IMG/VR virus record: IMGVR_UViG_3300002052_000634
Span: 1 to 64,000 of that record
From: a virus
Direction: 5' to 3' (one strand)
Length of the DNA stretch: 64,000 nucleotides
The notes below the pieces were generated by a model that searched no databases, was not told the origin of the DNA, and was given only the letters and a program-made list of their open reading frames with translations. The position numbers and the translations under genes are program-made. Below are positions 10,939 through 20,242 of this stretch, in pieces (the first letter of the stretch is position 1; the number at the start of each line of letters is the position of its first letter).

Positions 10939-11118
10939 CTATCTCTCCTTCGATAAATTAAGTCCAAACCACCCTGCTTTTATCCTAGACTTAATGTCAC
11001 ATTCTTTACGTCCACAAAGCATTTCATGTCTTCCATTAATTAATCTAAACGCAGTAGCTTGTTTGGAACAATAAGTACATTTTTTGTTAGAAAAAAAAGG
11101 TTTTCTTTTTTTATACAT
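10939..11118 (-). CDS. Small zinc-finger protein
   Basis: CTYC..CGRKEC; AGGA RBS before ATG 11118. Confidence 0.45.
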   Translation of the reverse strand: MYKKRKPFFSNKKCTYCSKQATAFRLINGRHEMLCGRKECDIKSRIKAGWFGLNLSKER

Positions 11119-11129
11119 AAATATCCTCT

Positions 11130-11798
11130 TTAATTCCAAGTATATCGGCATGTTAGCACAAATGTTTCTATGAACGGAATAGAATATGCTTGAGGTATAA
11201 CTATTTTAAGATTAGCATATAATTCCTGAGTCGTTTGTCCACTTGGTACATCGCCCAATGCACCATTTCCAGCATTTAATTGAATAACTCTTGCTGAAGC
11301 GTCTCCAGCTATGGGAGTTCCAGCCCAATCTTCTCCAGGTAAAGCGTCTGTAGTACATACCGCTTTTACCATAGAATCCGCAGGAGTTCCATCTCCTAAA
11401 ACGTTCTTAGCATAAGTATTATGATTTTCATCATCCCATGCCTCTAATTGAGGCTCAGAAGCAGTTGCTCCGTCAAAAGAAAATGCGTATACGTATCGTT
11501 TATTTTCTCCCATTCCTACAACTTCATGGGTGTAATAAGCCCCTCCTACATTGTGGCTATAATCCATAAGTAGGCATTTATTAACCTGTTTGTCATCATC
11601 ATTATCTATAATCGTAGAAGCTTCATTCAATTCAGCAGGTGTAGGTTCTGAGGTCATCAAATCCTTTACTGTAGCATTTCCTTCAGTCCAGATGAGATAA
11701 TCATTATCTAAGTCCATCGTGATATAGTCTGCTGGAGTTGTCTGATAATCAACGTCAGCATCCACATAATTCACTCTAACTGATAAATTAGTTGCCAT
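11130..11798 (-). CDS. Minor tail protein
   Basis: Position after tape measure; virion-like composition; AGGAG RBS. Confidence 0.55.
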   Translation of the reverse strand: MATNLSVRVNYVDADVDYQTTPADYITMDLDNDYLIWTEGNATVKDLMTSEPTPAELNEASTIIDNDDDKQVNKCLLMDYSHNVGGAYYTHEVVGMGENKRYVYAFSFDGATASEPQLEAWDDENHNTYAKNVLGDGTPADSMVKAVCTTDALPGEDWAGTPIAGDASARVIQLNAGNGALGDVPSGQTTQELYANLKIVIPQAYSIPFIETFVLTCRYTWN

Positions 11799-11832
11799 TG
11801 TATTTCTCCTTTACCGTTTTTAATTATTATCT

Positions 11833-12249
11833 TTAGTAAGCCAATACTAAAAATTCAGCTTGATATTCTTGTTTTCCAGTACGTAAACTTCGAGGAAAGC
11901 GTACTTCGTCTATCCTACAGACTGTATAAGTCCAATCTGTTATCCAACTAACCCCTTCTAAATGTTTCATTGTAAGGGTAGCTACGTCAGTGGTAATTTT
12001 GCTTTTTAGATTAACCATAGCAGTTGTTAAAGAAGCATATCCATCTCCTTCAAATAAATTACCTCTAACTGTAATTGTTTGGCTAGATTTACCTCCAGGG
12101 ATAACAATACTACCATCTCCTCTAGTTCCTTTAATGACTGTGGCTTTCATACCTTCTTTCGGGTCAGTTACATGAAAAACATGAGGTAAATCATAATCAT
12201 TAGTACCGTCATTAAAGTTTATTTTTACTGTGTAATTTTGATATGCCAT
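11833..12249 (-). CDS. Distal-tail (Dit)-like protein
   Basis: Immediately downstream of tape measure; IKGTRGDG..TITVRG pattern. Confidence 0.55.
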   Translation of the reverse strand: MAYQNYTVKINFNDGTNDYDLPHVFHVTDPKEGMKATVIKGTRGDGSIVIPGGKSSQTITVRGNLFEGDGYASLTTAMVNLKSKITTDVATLTMKHLEGVSWITDWTYTVCRIDEVRFPRSLRTGKQEYQAEFLVLAY

Positions 12250-12261
12250 ACTAGTTCTCCT

Positions 12262-14796
12262 TTATAACAATCTCCTGATACGGTCTATGAACTTTTTCTG
12301 GAATTCTTCATTACTAAGTAATGCTTCCTTGAGTTGTTCTCCAGCTTGTTCCGCAACATTATCTAAAGCATTTTCAGGTAGATTAACTTCTACGTTTTCT
12401 ATTTTAGTTCCTAAATCTACATTTTGGTCAATCGCAATCCTATCTTGTATGATTTGTCCTACGTTTCCTAATCCTCCACCGCCAGCAAAAACTCTTTCCC
12501 ATTCCTGTTTAAATTCGTTAAGTTTTTCTCTAGCTTGCACCATCCAGTTGTCCCAAAATGGAGTCGTAAGGTCAGGACTGCCTAACAAGTTTCTTAACTG
12601 GTCTGCAGGCAATTCTGCAAGTCCTCCCTGTGCAGGCATAGGCAAGTCAAACATTTGTCTTATAATTTCTCCTATTGCCTGTTGCCCTTGCTGTGAAAAA
12701 TGACTAAAATATTCATCTATAATCCTCTGGTCGAACATATTTTCTTTGTAACGTTTAGCCAATTCCTCTGGAGATAATTGTCTTAGTTCCATTAATCTGC
12801 GAAGTCGTGTACGTTCAAATTCGTCTGCTTGTTTATATTGTTGATATAAACTTGTTGCTGTTTGGAGTTCTTTCTGTTTTTCTTGTAATAAAGCCAATTG
12901 CTGTTGATGTCGTAATTTTGTAAGTTGTAGCATGAATTGGGCTTGTCCTATACTTTCTTTATCAAGTTGCAATTGTCTAATTTTAAGCTCTAATATTTGA
13001 GATTCTGAAGCTCCCATAACTTTTAATATATTTAACGCAGTATCTCTAACAGTATCTAACATATCCTGTCTATATCTAGTTTGTGTCTCTAAAAGAGCAT
13101 TTTGAAGTTTTAATCTTTCAACTTCTTCTTCTTCTAAAGTCATATATTCGGACAATATATCCAACTGTTCTAGTTTAAATTTAGCTATATCCTTTTCGTG
13201 TGCTCCCATAATTTTCATTATTTTGACTTGAGAATTTATAACTTCTTTTTGTTTAGCTAATTCATTAGTTCTAACTTTTTCTAACCCTTCTAAATCTTGA
13301 GTGGTTTTTGTTAATTTTTCTCTTTGTTTATTTTCTTCTTCTGCTTTTTCAACTGCTTTATCTTGTTGCTGTATATATTCTTCTAAAGTAAGATTACCTA
13401 CATTTTCTCGAATTTCTTTTATAGCGTCAAGAAGAGATTCTGCATTTCCTTTTTCATCTATTCTTGTTAATCCTCCCCAAAAATCTCTTTTTGCTAATTC
13501 TTCCGTAAAAACTGATAATTCTCCCATTTTAGCACTGGCAAATCCAATCATATCTCCCATTGCTCTTATATTAGGACGTAAAGTTACTAACCAATCATTT
13601 ATAATTCTTAAAGTTTCTACAAATCCTTGACCTCCTGTAATACCTGTCATAAATTCATTGCCTAAAACTGCTAATATGTTTTTAAATCTTTCAGCTTGGG
13701 CTGTAACTGTTCCCATTCTAATTTCTTCCATCCGTTTAGCAAAACCCTCCGCATTTTCCCCTGCGAATTCTAAAGCTTCATTCCATTCTTTAAAACTATC
13801 TAATAATAATTGAATAGAAATTGCCCCTCTAGTAGCAAAAACTTGTTGAATGGCTCTACTCTGTTTTTCTGTTAATTTAGTTCCTGTATTCATTGCACTA
13901 TGAATTTGTTTTAATGTTTGAACAAAATTTATAGGTTTTGTAGAGTCAAAAGTTATCCCAAAAATTTCTGCTAATTTTCCTGCATTTTTACTTAATTGCA
14001 CAATAGCACGACCTGTTAATCTTCCTGCTCTTCCTGCTTTTAATAAACGAGTATTTAAAAAACCCAAAGTTGTTACAACGTCTACAAAACTATCGTCTAG
14101 TCCTGAAACGTAAGGAGCAAATTTAGAATAACTAGCAATTAATTCTGATAACTGAACATCCTGTGTTGCATATGTAAAGGCTAGAACGTCTGCAATTCTA
14201 GTAAATGCTTCAGCATCTGTCATAGTTTCCGTTATAGATTTACCCATCGTATTAAAAATACCAGCTAAAGCTCTAGTAGTTTCTTTTAGAGAATTTCCTG
14301 TTCCTATGGCAAGATTAACAGCAGGTGTAAAAGCATCTAAGGCTTGCTTGGTACTTAAATTAGAGGTTCTTAAAAAGTAAAATCCTTCTGCTAGGTCTTT
14401 AAGACTTATTCTAGATTTTACTGCCATATCAAGTATAGCACTTTTAACTAAAATCATATCTCTATCTATTTCCTGAGATGTACCGTGCATAACTGTACGG
14501 ATTCGAGCCATTTGTTCTTCTAATTGTAGATTTGACCTTATTACATCACCTACGGTACGTATAAGTCCCATAAAAACGCTACGTAACAATAACCACACAG
14601 GAATTGTTAATAAGGCACGTTTAGTAAGATTTCCAATTACAGTACCAAAACTTTGTGTAGTTTTAGTAGTTACTCCCATAGTTTTTCTGGTTTTGCTTAT
14701 CTCTCTTTCCATACCACGTAAACCACTAATTACAGCCTTATCGCCTTTTAATGTGGCTAGGAAGCTAATAAGGTAAGACCTCGCCTCTGTTGCCAT
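12262..14796 (-). CDS. Tail tape measure protein (TP901-type core)
   Basis: Helical 844 aa; LAEGFYFL, IADVLA, LKAGRAGR, VFATRG core motifs; follows tail tube and chaperones. Confidence 0.9.
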   Translation of the reverse strand: MATEARSYLISFLATLKGDKAVISGLRGMEREISKTRKTMGVTTKTTQSFGTVIGNLTKRALLTIPVWLLLRSVFMGLIRTVGDVIRSNLQLEEQMARIRTVMHGTSQEIDRDMILVKSAILDMAVKSRISLKDLAEGFYFLRTSNLSTKQALDAFTPAVNLAIGTGNSLKETTRALAGIFNTMGKSITETMTDAEAFTRIADVLAFTYATQDVQLSELIASYSKFAPYVSGLDDSFVDVVTTLGFLNTRLLKAGRAGRLTGRAIVQLSKNAGKLAEIFGITFDSTKPINFVQTLKQIHSAMNTGTKLTEKQSRAIQQVFATRGAISIQLLLDSFKEWNEALEFAGENAEGFAKRMEEIRMGTVTAQAERFKNILAVLGNEFMTGITGGQGFVETLRIINDWLVTLRPNIRAMGDMIGFASAKMGELSVFTEELAKRDFWGGLTRIDEKGNAESLLDAIKEIRENVGNLTLEEYIQQQDKAVEKAEEENKQREKLTKTTQDLEGLEKVRTNELAKQKEVINSQVKIMKIMGAHEKDIAKFKLEQLDILSEYMTLEEEEVERLKLQNALLETQTRYRQDMLDTVRDTALNILKVMGASESQILELKIRQLQLDKESIGQAQFMLQLTKLRHQQQLALLQEKQKELQTATSLYQQYKQADEFERTRLRRLMELRQLSPEELAKRYKENMFDQRIIDEYFSHFSQQGQQAIGEIIRQMFDLPMPAQGGLAELPADQLRNLLGSPDLTTPFWDNWMVQAREKLNEFKQEWERVFAGGGGLGNVGQIIQDRIAIDQNVDLGTKIENVEVNLPENALDNVAEQAGEQLKEALLSNEEFQKKFIDRIRRLL

Positions 14797-14846
14797 TTAA
14801 ATCACTCCTATTCGTTCTAATCTTTTTTTATTAATATTTATTATTC

Positions 14847-16262
14847 TCATTTTTTCCTATGGAATACCATATGAGGAATATTAGTTTTAGTGTCTACTTT
14901 TCTACCTTTTCTTGATTTATTAGATTTTTCTTTTTCCTCTTTATATTTTTGTTTACTTCTCCAAAATATATAAGCATCGCAATTTCCTGACCATATTACT
15001 TTCCCATTTCGTCTAACTAATAAAATATGATATTTAGGAACTAATATATCATATACTCTTCCCTTATATTTTATCCATTGTGCTTTTTTGCCTTTGATTT
15101 TCCAATAGTTCTTATATTTTTTTAAAAAAGTAATACTCCAAGTATTATATCTCTTATTTTTACAAGAATGAACACAAAAACCTGCTTTTATACCAAGTTC
15201 CATCAAATCGTCTTTCATTCTTACTGAAGATGTGTCTATATAAAAACTATTTTTACTTTTTTTGCATCCGTCTCCTAGTTTATATGAATTTAAAAAAATT
15301 CTTATCATTTGAGGATTTAAATTTTTAATAAATTTAGGAACGAATTTATCCCTTGCTTTTCCAAATTGCTTAAGATATTTATATAATTGTTTAGAAGCTA
15401 AACAAAATTCTTTATCATAGCTCTGAAATTTCCAGGGTAATCGTGTCAATAAATTATAAATTATAATATATTTTTTAGGATTTGCTCTTTTTGATTGTGC
15501 AATTCTCAATCTATAATTGCCCTTTGAAGGGCACGAATAACTTCCTTCACTTAAATACCATCCTAAAAATTCTAACCAATCTTCCATTTTAATCTTAATA
15601 AAGTTTGTTTTTTTATCAAATTTAAACCATAAATTTTTATACCATCTATTAGGAACTAACAATTTTTTAGTCACACTATCTAAAGTAAAATATCTTTGAT
15701 ACTGTCCTTTCCATAATCCTGTATTCTTAAATACTAACCAAAAATTGTTAAAAATTTCAAAAGATTTTTTAAATGTCCATCTCAATTTTTTATCTACATT
15801 TATTCCTACAAAATGACTATGATTCGGAGTAGTTACTAAATCAAATTGTTTAGTTTTTAATTTGAACATTTCTCCATTATAACTATAATCAATATATTTA
15901 ATAGGTTTTTGATACTTTATAATATCGTTCTCAGGATTTAATGTAGCTACTTTTTCTGTTCTATCTAAATCTTTAAAATATTTCCAACCCTGGTCGGTAA
16001 GAATTTCTGTTTTTTCATCATAACATCTTATTTCATCATCAATAACCGCTTCACTGATATAAGGCTCATGCGAAGCTAAATCTCTATATAAACTAGAATA
16101 AAGTTCTAAATAATATAAAAATAATATTTGAGCTTTAGTTAAATCGCTATCATTATCAAATAATTTTATAGTACCTAGTTCCTTTGCTCTATTATAAATT
16201 ATTTGCCATCTATCTGACTTAGCTAGATTTCTCAGAATTCGTAGATTCATCAAATCCCCCAT
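14847..16262 (-). CDS. Putative tail assembly chaperone (gpT-like) interrupted by an intein
   Basis: Lies between chaperone-like gene and tape measure; 79-aa N-extein and 44-aa C-extein. Confidence 0.6.
   Translation of the reverse strand: MGDLMNLRILRNLAKSDRWQIIYNRAKELGTIKLFDNDSDLTKAQILFLYYLELYSSLYRDLASHEPYISEAVIDDEIRCYDEKTEILTDQGWKYFKDLDRTEKVATLNPENDIIKYQKPIKYIDYSYNGEMFKLKTKQFDLVTTPNHSHFVGINVDKKLRWTFKKSFEIFNNFWLVFKNTGLWKGQYQRYFTLDSVTKKLLVPNRWYKNLWFKFDKKTNFIKIKMEDWLEFLGWYLSEGSYSCPSKGNYRLRIAQSKRANPKKYIIIYNLLTRLPWKFQSYDKEFCLASKQLYKYLKQFGKARDKFVPKFIKNLNPQMIRIFLNSYKLGDGCKKSKNSFYIDTSSVRMKDDLMELGIKAGFCVHSCKNKRYNTWSITFLKKYKNYWKIKGKKAQWIKYKGRVYDILVPKYHILLVRRNGKVIWSGNCDAYIFWRSKQKYKEEKEKSNKSRKGRKVDTKTNIPHMVFHRKK
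14982..16025 (-). mobile_element. Intein (348 aa) with LAGLIDADG homing endonuclease
   Basis: Starts CYDEKTEILTDQGWK; block B TPNH; FLGWYLSEGS and FLNSYKLGDG; ends VRRNGKVIWSGN followed by Cys+1. Confidence 0.95.
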
Positions 16263-16878
16263 ATATTAAACTACTAATATAATTAAACGTTTTTGTCATT
16301 AAATCGTCATCAATACAGTTCTGGAAATCGTTATAATTTTCAAAATGCTTTTTCCAAGTATTTTTATCTTTAACTTCTAGAACCAAATAAGTAGTATAAC
16401 TATTAACTCTAAGTAATAATTGGTCTTCTATTGAATGTTGAAGCAAATCTGTTCTCTCTACATTAATATCCCACATCTTTCTACGTAAATCGATTATATC
16501 TTTACGGATATTTCCAATTACTTTTATATCTTCTATTTTTACAAGTTTCAGCAATAAGGCTTCAATCTCTGCTTGCATATTTTTCATTTCGGCTTCCATC
16601 TTAGCTATATCAATACCTTTTTTCTGGTAAAGGTCAACCCACTGTTTTCTAAAAAGCATAGTATCGTCTTTAATTAATTCTAGGTACATCTTTCTTTGAA
16701 AATCTAAGATATTTTGACGTTCTACAAAATTAGGTTTTCTAACTCTATATTGTTTCTCGCCAGATTTAAATTCAATAGTATTATTTTTAATTACATGCCC
16801 CATAGTCATATTTTGTTCTATCTCATTTAAAACTTCTAACTGTTTTTTTGCCAAGTTCTTACGTTCTTCTTTATTCAT
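16219..16878 (-). CDS. Putative tail assembly chaperone (gpG-like)
   Basis: Between tail tube and tape measure; overlaps next ORF by 44 nt. Confidence 0.5.
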   Translation of the reverse strand: MNKEERKNLAKKQLEVLNEIEQNMTMGHVIKNNTIEFKSGEKQYRVRKPNFVERQNILDFQRKMYLELIKDDTMLFRKQWVDLYQKKGIDIAKMEAEMKNMQAEIEALLLKLVKIEDIKVIGNIRKDIIDLRRKMWDINVERTDLLQHSIEDQLLLRVNSYTTYLVLEVKDKNTWKKHFENYNDFQNCIDDDLMTKTFNYISSLIYGGFDESTNSEKSS

Positions 16879-16912
16879 TTTATTCTCCTTACGTTAATAA
16901 AAAATAACCAGA

Positions 16913-17137
16913 CTACTCCTGCCTGGTTTTAAATTCAAGTTTAAATAATTGCGATTGTATATCTAAAAGATTTTTTAGATTACGACTATGCTCATATACA
17001 ATTTCTTTTGCCAAAGATTTATATAAATTGGGAGACAATACTCCTTCTTTATCTAAAACTTCTACACGTTTACACAATACCCCAACCAAGCGACGTGTCT
17101 CACTGTCTATAATATTATATATTTTTTCTTTATTCAT
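16913..17137 (-). CDS. Hypothetical protein
   Basis: 74-aa ORF in the operon. Confidence 0.5.
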   Translation of the reverse strand: MNKEKIYNIIDSETRRLVGVLCKRVEVLDKEGVLSPNLYKSLAKEIVYEHSRNLKNLLDIQSQLFKLEFKTRQE

Positions 17138-17162
17138 ATCTTACTTTTCCTTACTATATGGT

Positions 17163-17185
17163 AGGGGAGGGAGTTGCCCTCCCCT
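17163..17185 (-). terminator. GC-rich hairpin after the major tail gene
   Basis: AGGGGAGGG/CCCTCCCCT stem; U-tract weak. Confidence 0.5.
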
Positions 17186-17195
17186 TTATTTTAAC

Positions 17196-18437
17196 TTATA
17201 TACCAAGTTTGGACGTGTCAGCACTGATAATTAAATTCTCTCCTTCGAGAGTATCATCCGCAGTAGCATATTCCTGAACAGTTTGTCCAAGTCTAATTTC
17301 GTTTGGTGTTAACCCTGTAGCTTTGAACCCATATTTAAATGTGCCCTTCGTGTTGTCAGAGAATATCTTGACTATCAACGCAATATCATCTGAAAACTGC
17401 TCAACGTCTATCAATCCATAGTCAGCACTCTGTCCAGCCAGGACTTCCTCTATCGTGTGAGATTCGAGGATTCTTCCCAACGTGACCGTAACAGTGTTAT
17501 CCGTTACGCCTCTAGCAACAACGTCTTTGTTTCCTATTTCCCTAATATCCTCTCTATCAAAAGCCACGTCTATTGTTACGCTCTGTAACCTGTAGACGTA
17601 ATCACTTGAACCAGGTTTTCCACTGGCAGGAATATAGAGATATATTGAAACTGAGTCCCCTAACAATGCAGGGACATCCGAATCATTTTCTGAGAATATC
17701 GTATCAGGAGCGGTTGCAGACGTGTAATACGTCTTTATAACGTCACTAGTCTGTATACTGGTTATCGTGAGTACCTTAGTACCGTCACTGTAACTGAAAT
17801 CTGTACCATCTACTAATTCGGTAGATACTCCACTGCGAACTCTAATTACTCTCTCGATATACTTACCAGATTCATTAGGATTCTCAGCAGGAAGTTTAGC
17901 ACTAAGGTCTATTTCATTATCTCCACCAGAACCAGCTTCATGTCTATTATAAATGAAATATTTGTTAGTACCTTGCCAAATCTTTGCAGATTCTCCAACG
18001 AAATCAAAACTTCTCTCTATAATAGCCTGTGGGTCGGAAATAGTTATCGAAAATCCAGCAGTTCTAAGTGCAGGATACTGGACTGTGCCTTTGAAAGTAC
18101 CATCATCATCTTCAAGATAACCGCATATATCAAAATATGGAGTTTTGAAATCGCCAAGTGTGATTTCATCCTCTCCATTTGCACCCTTAGTTGTAGTATT
18201 TACTATCTTCTGCCAAAACTCGATTGAACCATATTCAAACTGAGTTAATCTGTAAGTAACTGTAGGGCTAGTTTGATTATAGCCTACCGCATCTTGTCTA
18301 CCAATCTCATTAATCTCTTCCCTATTTAGGGCAACTGTCGGGTCAATTGACTGTGCTCGGTCTATCTCCGCATCAGCCACATCTCCGTTAATCGGGAAAA
18401 TTCTAGGTTTATAACCTGAACTGTGTATTAAAGCCAT
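17196..18437 (-). CDS. Major tail tube protein
   Basis: 413 aa with duplicated tube-like domain (REEINEIGR / REDIREIGN); AAGGAGG RBS; downstream hairpin. Confidence 0.75.
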   Translation of the reverse strand: MALIHSSGYKPRIFPINGDVADAEIDRAQSIDPTVALNREEINEIGRQDAVGYNQTSPTVTYRLTQFEYGSIEFWQKIVNTTTKGANGEDEITLGDFKTPYFDICGYLEDDDGTFKGTVQYPALRTAGFSITISDPQAIIERSFDFVGESAKIWQGTNKYFIYNRHEAGSGGDNEIDLSAKLPAENPNESGKYIERVIRVRSGVSTELVDGTDFSYSDGTKVLTITSIQTSDVIKTYYTSATAPDTIFSENDSDVPALLGDSVSIYLYIPASGKPGSSDYVYRLQSVTIDVAFDREDIREIGNKDVVARGVTDNTVTVTLGRILESHTIEEVLAGQSADYGLIDVEQFSDDIALIVKIFSDNTKGTFKYGFKATGLTPNEIRLGQTVQEYATADDTLEGENLIISADTSKLGI

Positions 18438-18523
18438 TTTAGTTCCTCCTTTGAACTTTGTTCGTTAGTTTTCTCTCCTATAGAAAACTAATCTATCAAT
18501 TTTCCCTTACTATTGGGTCAACC

Positions 18524-18829
18524 TTACTTTTTATCTAGTTTATGACGCTCATCACATATAGCGTCTCTCTTGATTTGTTTCTTTTCGATACGTGAAATCC
18601 CTAATTTTATAGAGTGTATATCATCTTTTATTTCTTTCTTAAATTCCTTATCGCCTTCTTTGATTGCGTCCACGTCGTCAGTTAAATGTTTCAAGTCATT
18701 AGATACTATTTTGTTGGCAACTGCACGACCTACGATAAAATTAAAGACGCTCCATAGTAAAGAAATAGCTCCTATAATAGTAGGAATAAAGAAATACCAT
18801 TTTGTCATTAATTCTAATTGTACTTTCAT
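18524..18829 (-). CDS. Single-TM coiled-coil protein, possibly holin-like
   Basis: N-terminal TM followed by a charged coiled coil. Confidence 0.4.
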   Translation of the reverse strand: MKVQLELMTKWYFFIPTIIGAISLLWSVFNFIVGRAVANKIVSNDLKHLTDDVDAIKEGDKEFKKEIKDDIHSIKLGISRIEKKQIKRDAICDERHKLDKK

Positions 18830-19323
18830 TATGCTTCCACCTGTCCTATACTGACGGTAATTGTCAAGAGATGTCTGAACCTATCATGGACATCTAAAGC
18901 ATTTTTGTCTACATCAAAATTTATAGGTGCGTCTTCCATTGTCAAGACTGTAATTCTACCGTTTTGAGTTTTAGATTGTATCTCTCCGTTGGTTATCACA
19001 TATTCATAATATAGTAAACCTGATTTAAGCTTCTCAATGATGTAATCTTTTAGGTCTAAGCGTTGCCCATCATTGGAAGCAAATATGTCTATTAATACCT
19101 GTGCCTCTCGTCTGGTAGAATTGCCTCCGACTTCTACTCTTGTATGGTCAGTTGTTCCTACCCTTACACAAACACAGGCAGTTTTGTCTTTTTCACTGAA
19201 TTGGATTTGATATACTCTGGCAAAGGTTTTTTCTACCTCTATGTTGCCCCAATCCGTGTCTAAATGTCCTTCTAAAAATTCTATAATTGATGCCTCTATG
19301 TTACGTGTTCGTCTATATGACAT
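18829..19323 (-). CDS. Tail terminator/completion protein
   Basis: Position before tail tube; VLIDIFA..QRLDL pattern. Confidence 0.6.
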   Translation of the reverse strand: MSYRRTRNIEASIIEFLEGHLDTDWGNIEVEKTFARVYQIQFSEKDKTACVCVRVGTTDHTRVEVGGNSTRREAQVLIDIFASNDGQRLDLKDYIIEKLKSGLLYYEYVITNGEIQSKTQNGRITVLTMEDAPINFDVDKNALDVHDRFRHLLTITVSIGQVEA

Positions 19324-19324
19324 A

Positions 19325-19864
19325 TTATAGTCCCTTCTTTAGTCTCGTTATTATGGCTCGGATGCCTATATCCATACGTCTACGTCCTGCCTGGATGTAA
19401 TTTAGTGGACGAATCGGTGACTTGGGAAACATCCCAAAATTACTTCCATCACTATAATTAAACTTTTGTACTCCGCCTTTTAATGCAGGGTCGGCAGGTG
19501 TACCTTCAAATGAACCTGGTACATATCTTCCTCTATTCGGTACATAAGGCTGACCGCCTACCATAGCTCCATAGTTAACAACGTACCAATATTTAGCTTT
19601 TTGATTAAGTACATTTATATTTCCTATGCCCCATCCCACTTGAGCAGGAGCAGTTGAGAAAGATTCAAAACTGATTGAGCTGGCTAGATTACCACTGCCT
19701 CCTCTACGTCTGCGTCTGGTATTAATATAATTTTGTATATAGTCTCTTAGTTTTATTCCAAATTCGAATACCTCGTTTTGGAATATGAACCAATCTCGCT
19801 TTATAGTCTCATTAAAAATATTTCTAGCACTAAAACGAGGAGTAATTTTCATTTTTAATTCCAA
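19325..19864 (-). CDS. Neck / tail completion protein
   Basis: SGNLASSI, YWYVVNYG and IRPLNYI motifs. Confidence 0.6.
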   Translation of the reverse strand: MELKMKITPRFSARNIFNETIKRDWFIFQNEVFEFGIKLRDYIQNYINTRRRRRGGSGNLASSISFESFSTAPAQVGWGIGNINVLNQKAKYWYVVNYGAMVGGQPYVPNRGRYVPGSFEGTPADPALKGGVQKFNYSDGSNFGMFPKSPIRPLNYIQAGRRRMDIGIRAIITRLKKGL

Positions 19865-19867
19865 TTC

Positions 19868-20218
19868 TTACACCTTCTTTATGTAAACGTAAGCACGGAG
19901 GTATTCTCCCTCTATCCGATATTGTAGCTTCCCATTAATTTTCCAGCCTTCGTAGTCGTTTCCGTCAATCCGTATTTTATAGGAAAGTTTAAGGAAATTC
20001 TCGTACTTATTCTCTATTATAATTTCTTTTGCTCTATCCGTCTCGATTCCAGGCATTGCATATTGAACTTTAGCAAATGTTAGGTCAGATACTATTGCTT
20101 TTATAGGTAATCTATTCATTCTGGTAATAGTAACATTTTTCTCAAAAGGGTCTGAAATTTCTTCCAATGAAGGGTATATATAAATATTCTGTGCATGTTC
20201 TCTAAATAGAATATCCAT
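19868..20218 (-). CDS. Head closure (stopper)-like protein
   Basis: 116-aa beta-rich protein in the neck cluster. Confidence 0.5.
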   Translation of the reverse strand: MDILFREHAQNIYIYPSLEEISDPFEKNVTITRMNRLPIKAIVSDLTFAKVQYAMPGIETDRAKEIIIENKYENFLKLSYKIRIDGNDYEGWKINGKLQYRIEGEYLRAYVYIKKV

Positions 20219-20242
20219 TATTGTCCTTTCTACTAATATTAT

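Noticed and set aside
18524-18829. Lysis cassette
   Set aside because: Only a weak holin-like candidate; no recognisable endolysin or spanin nearby
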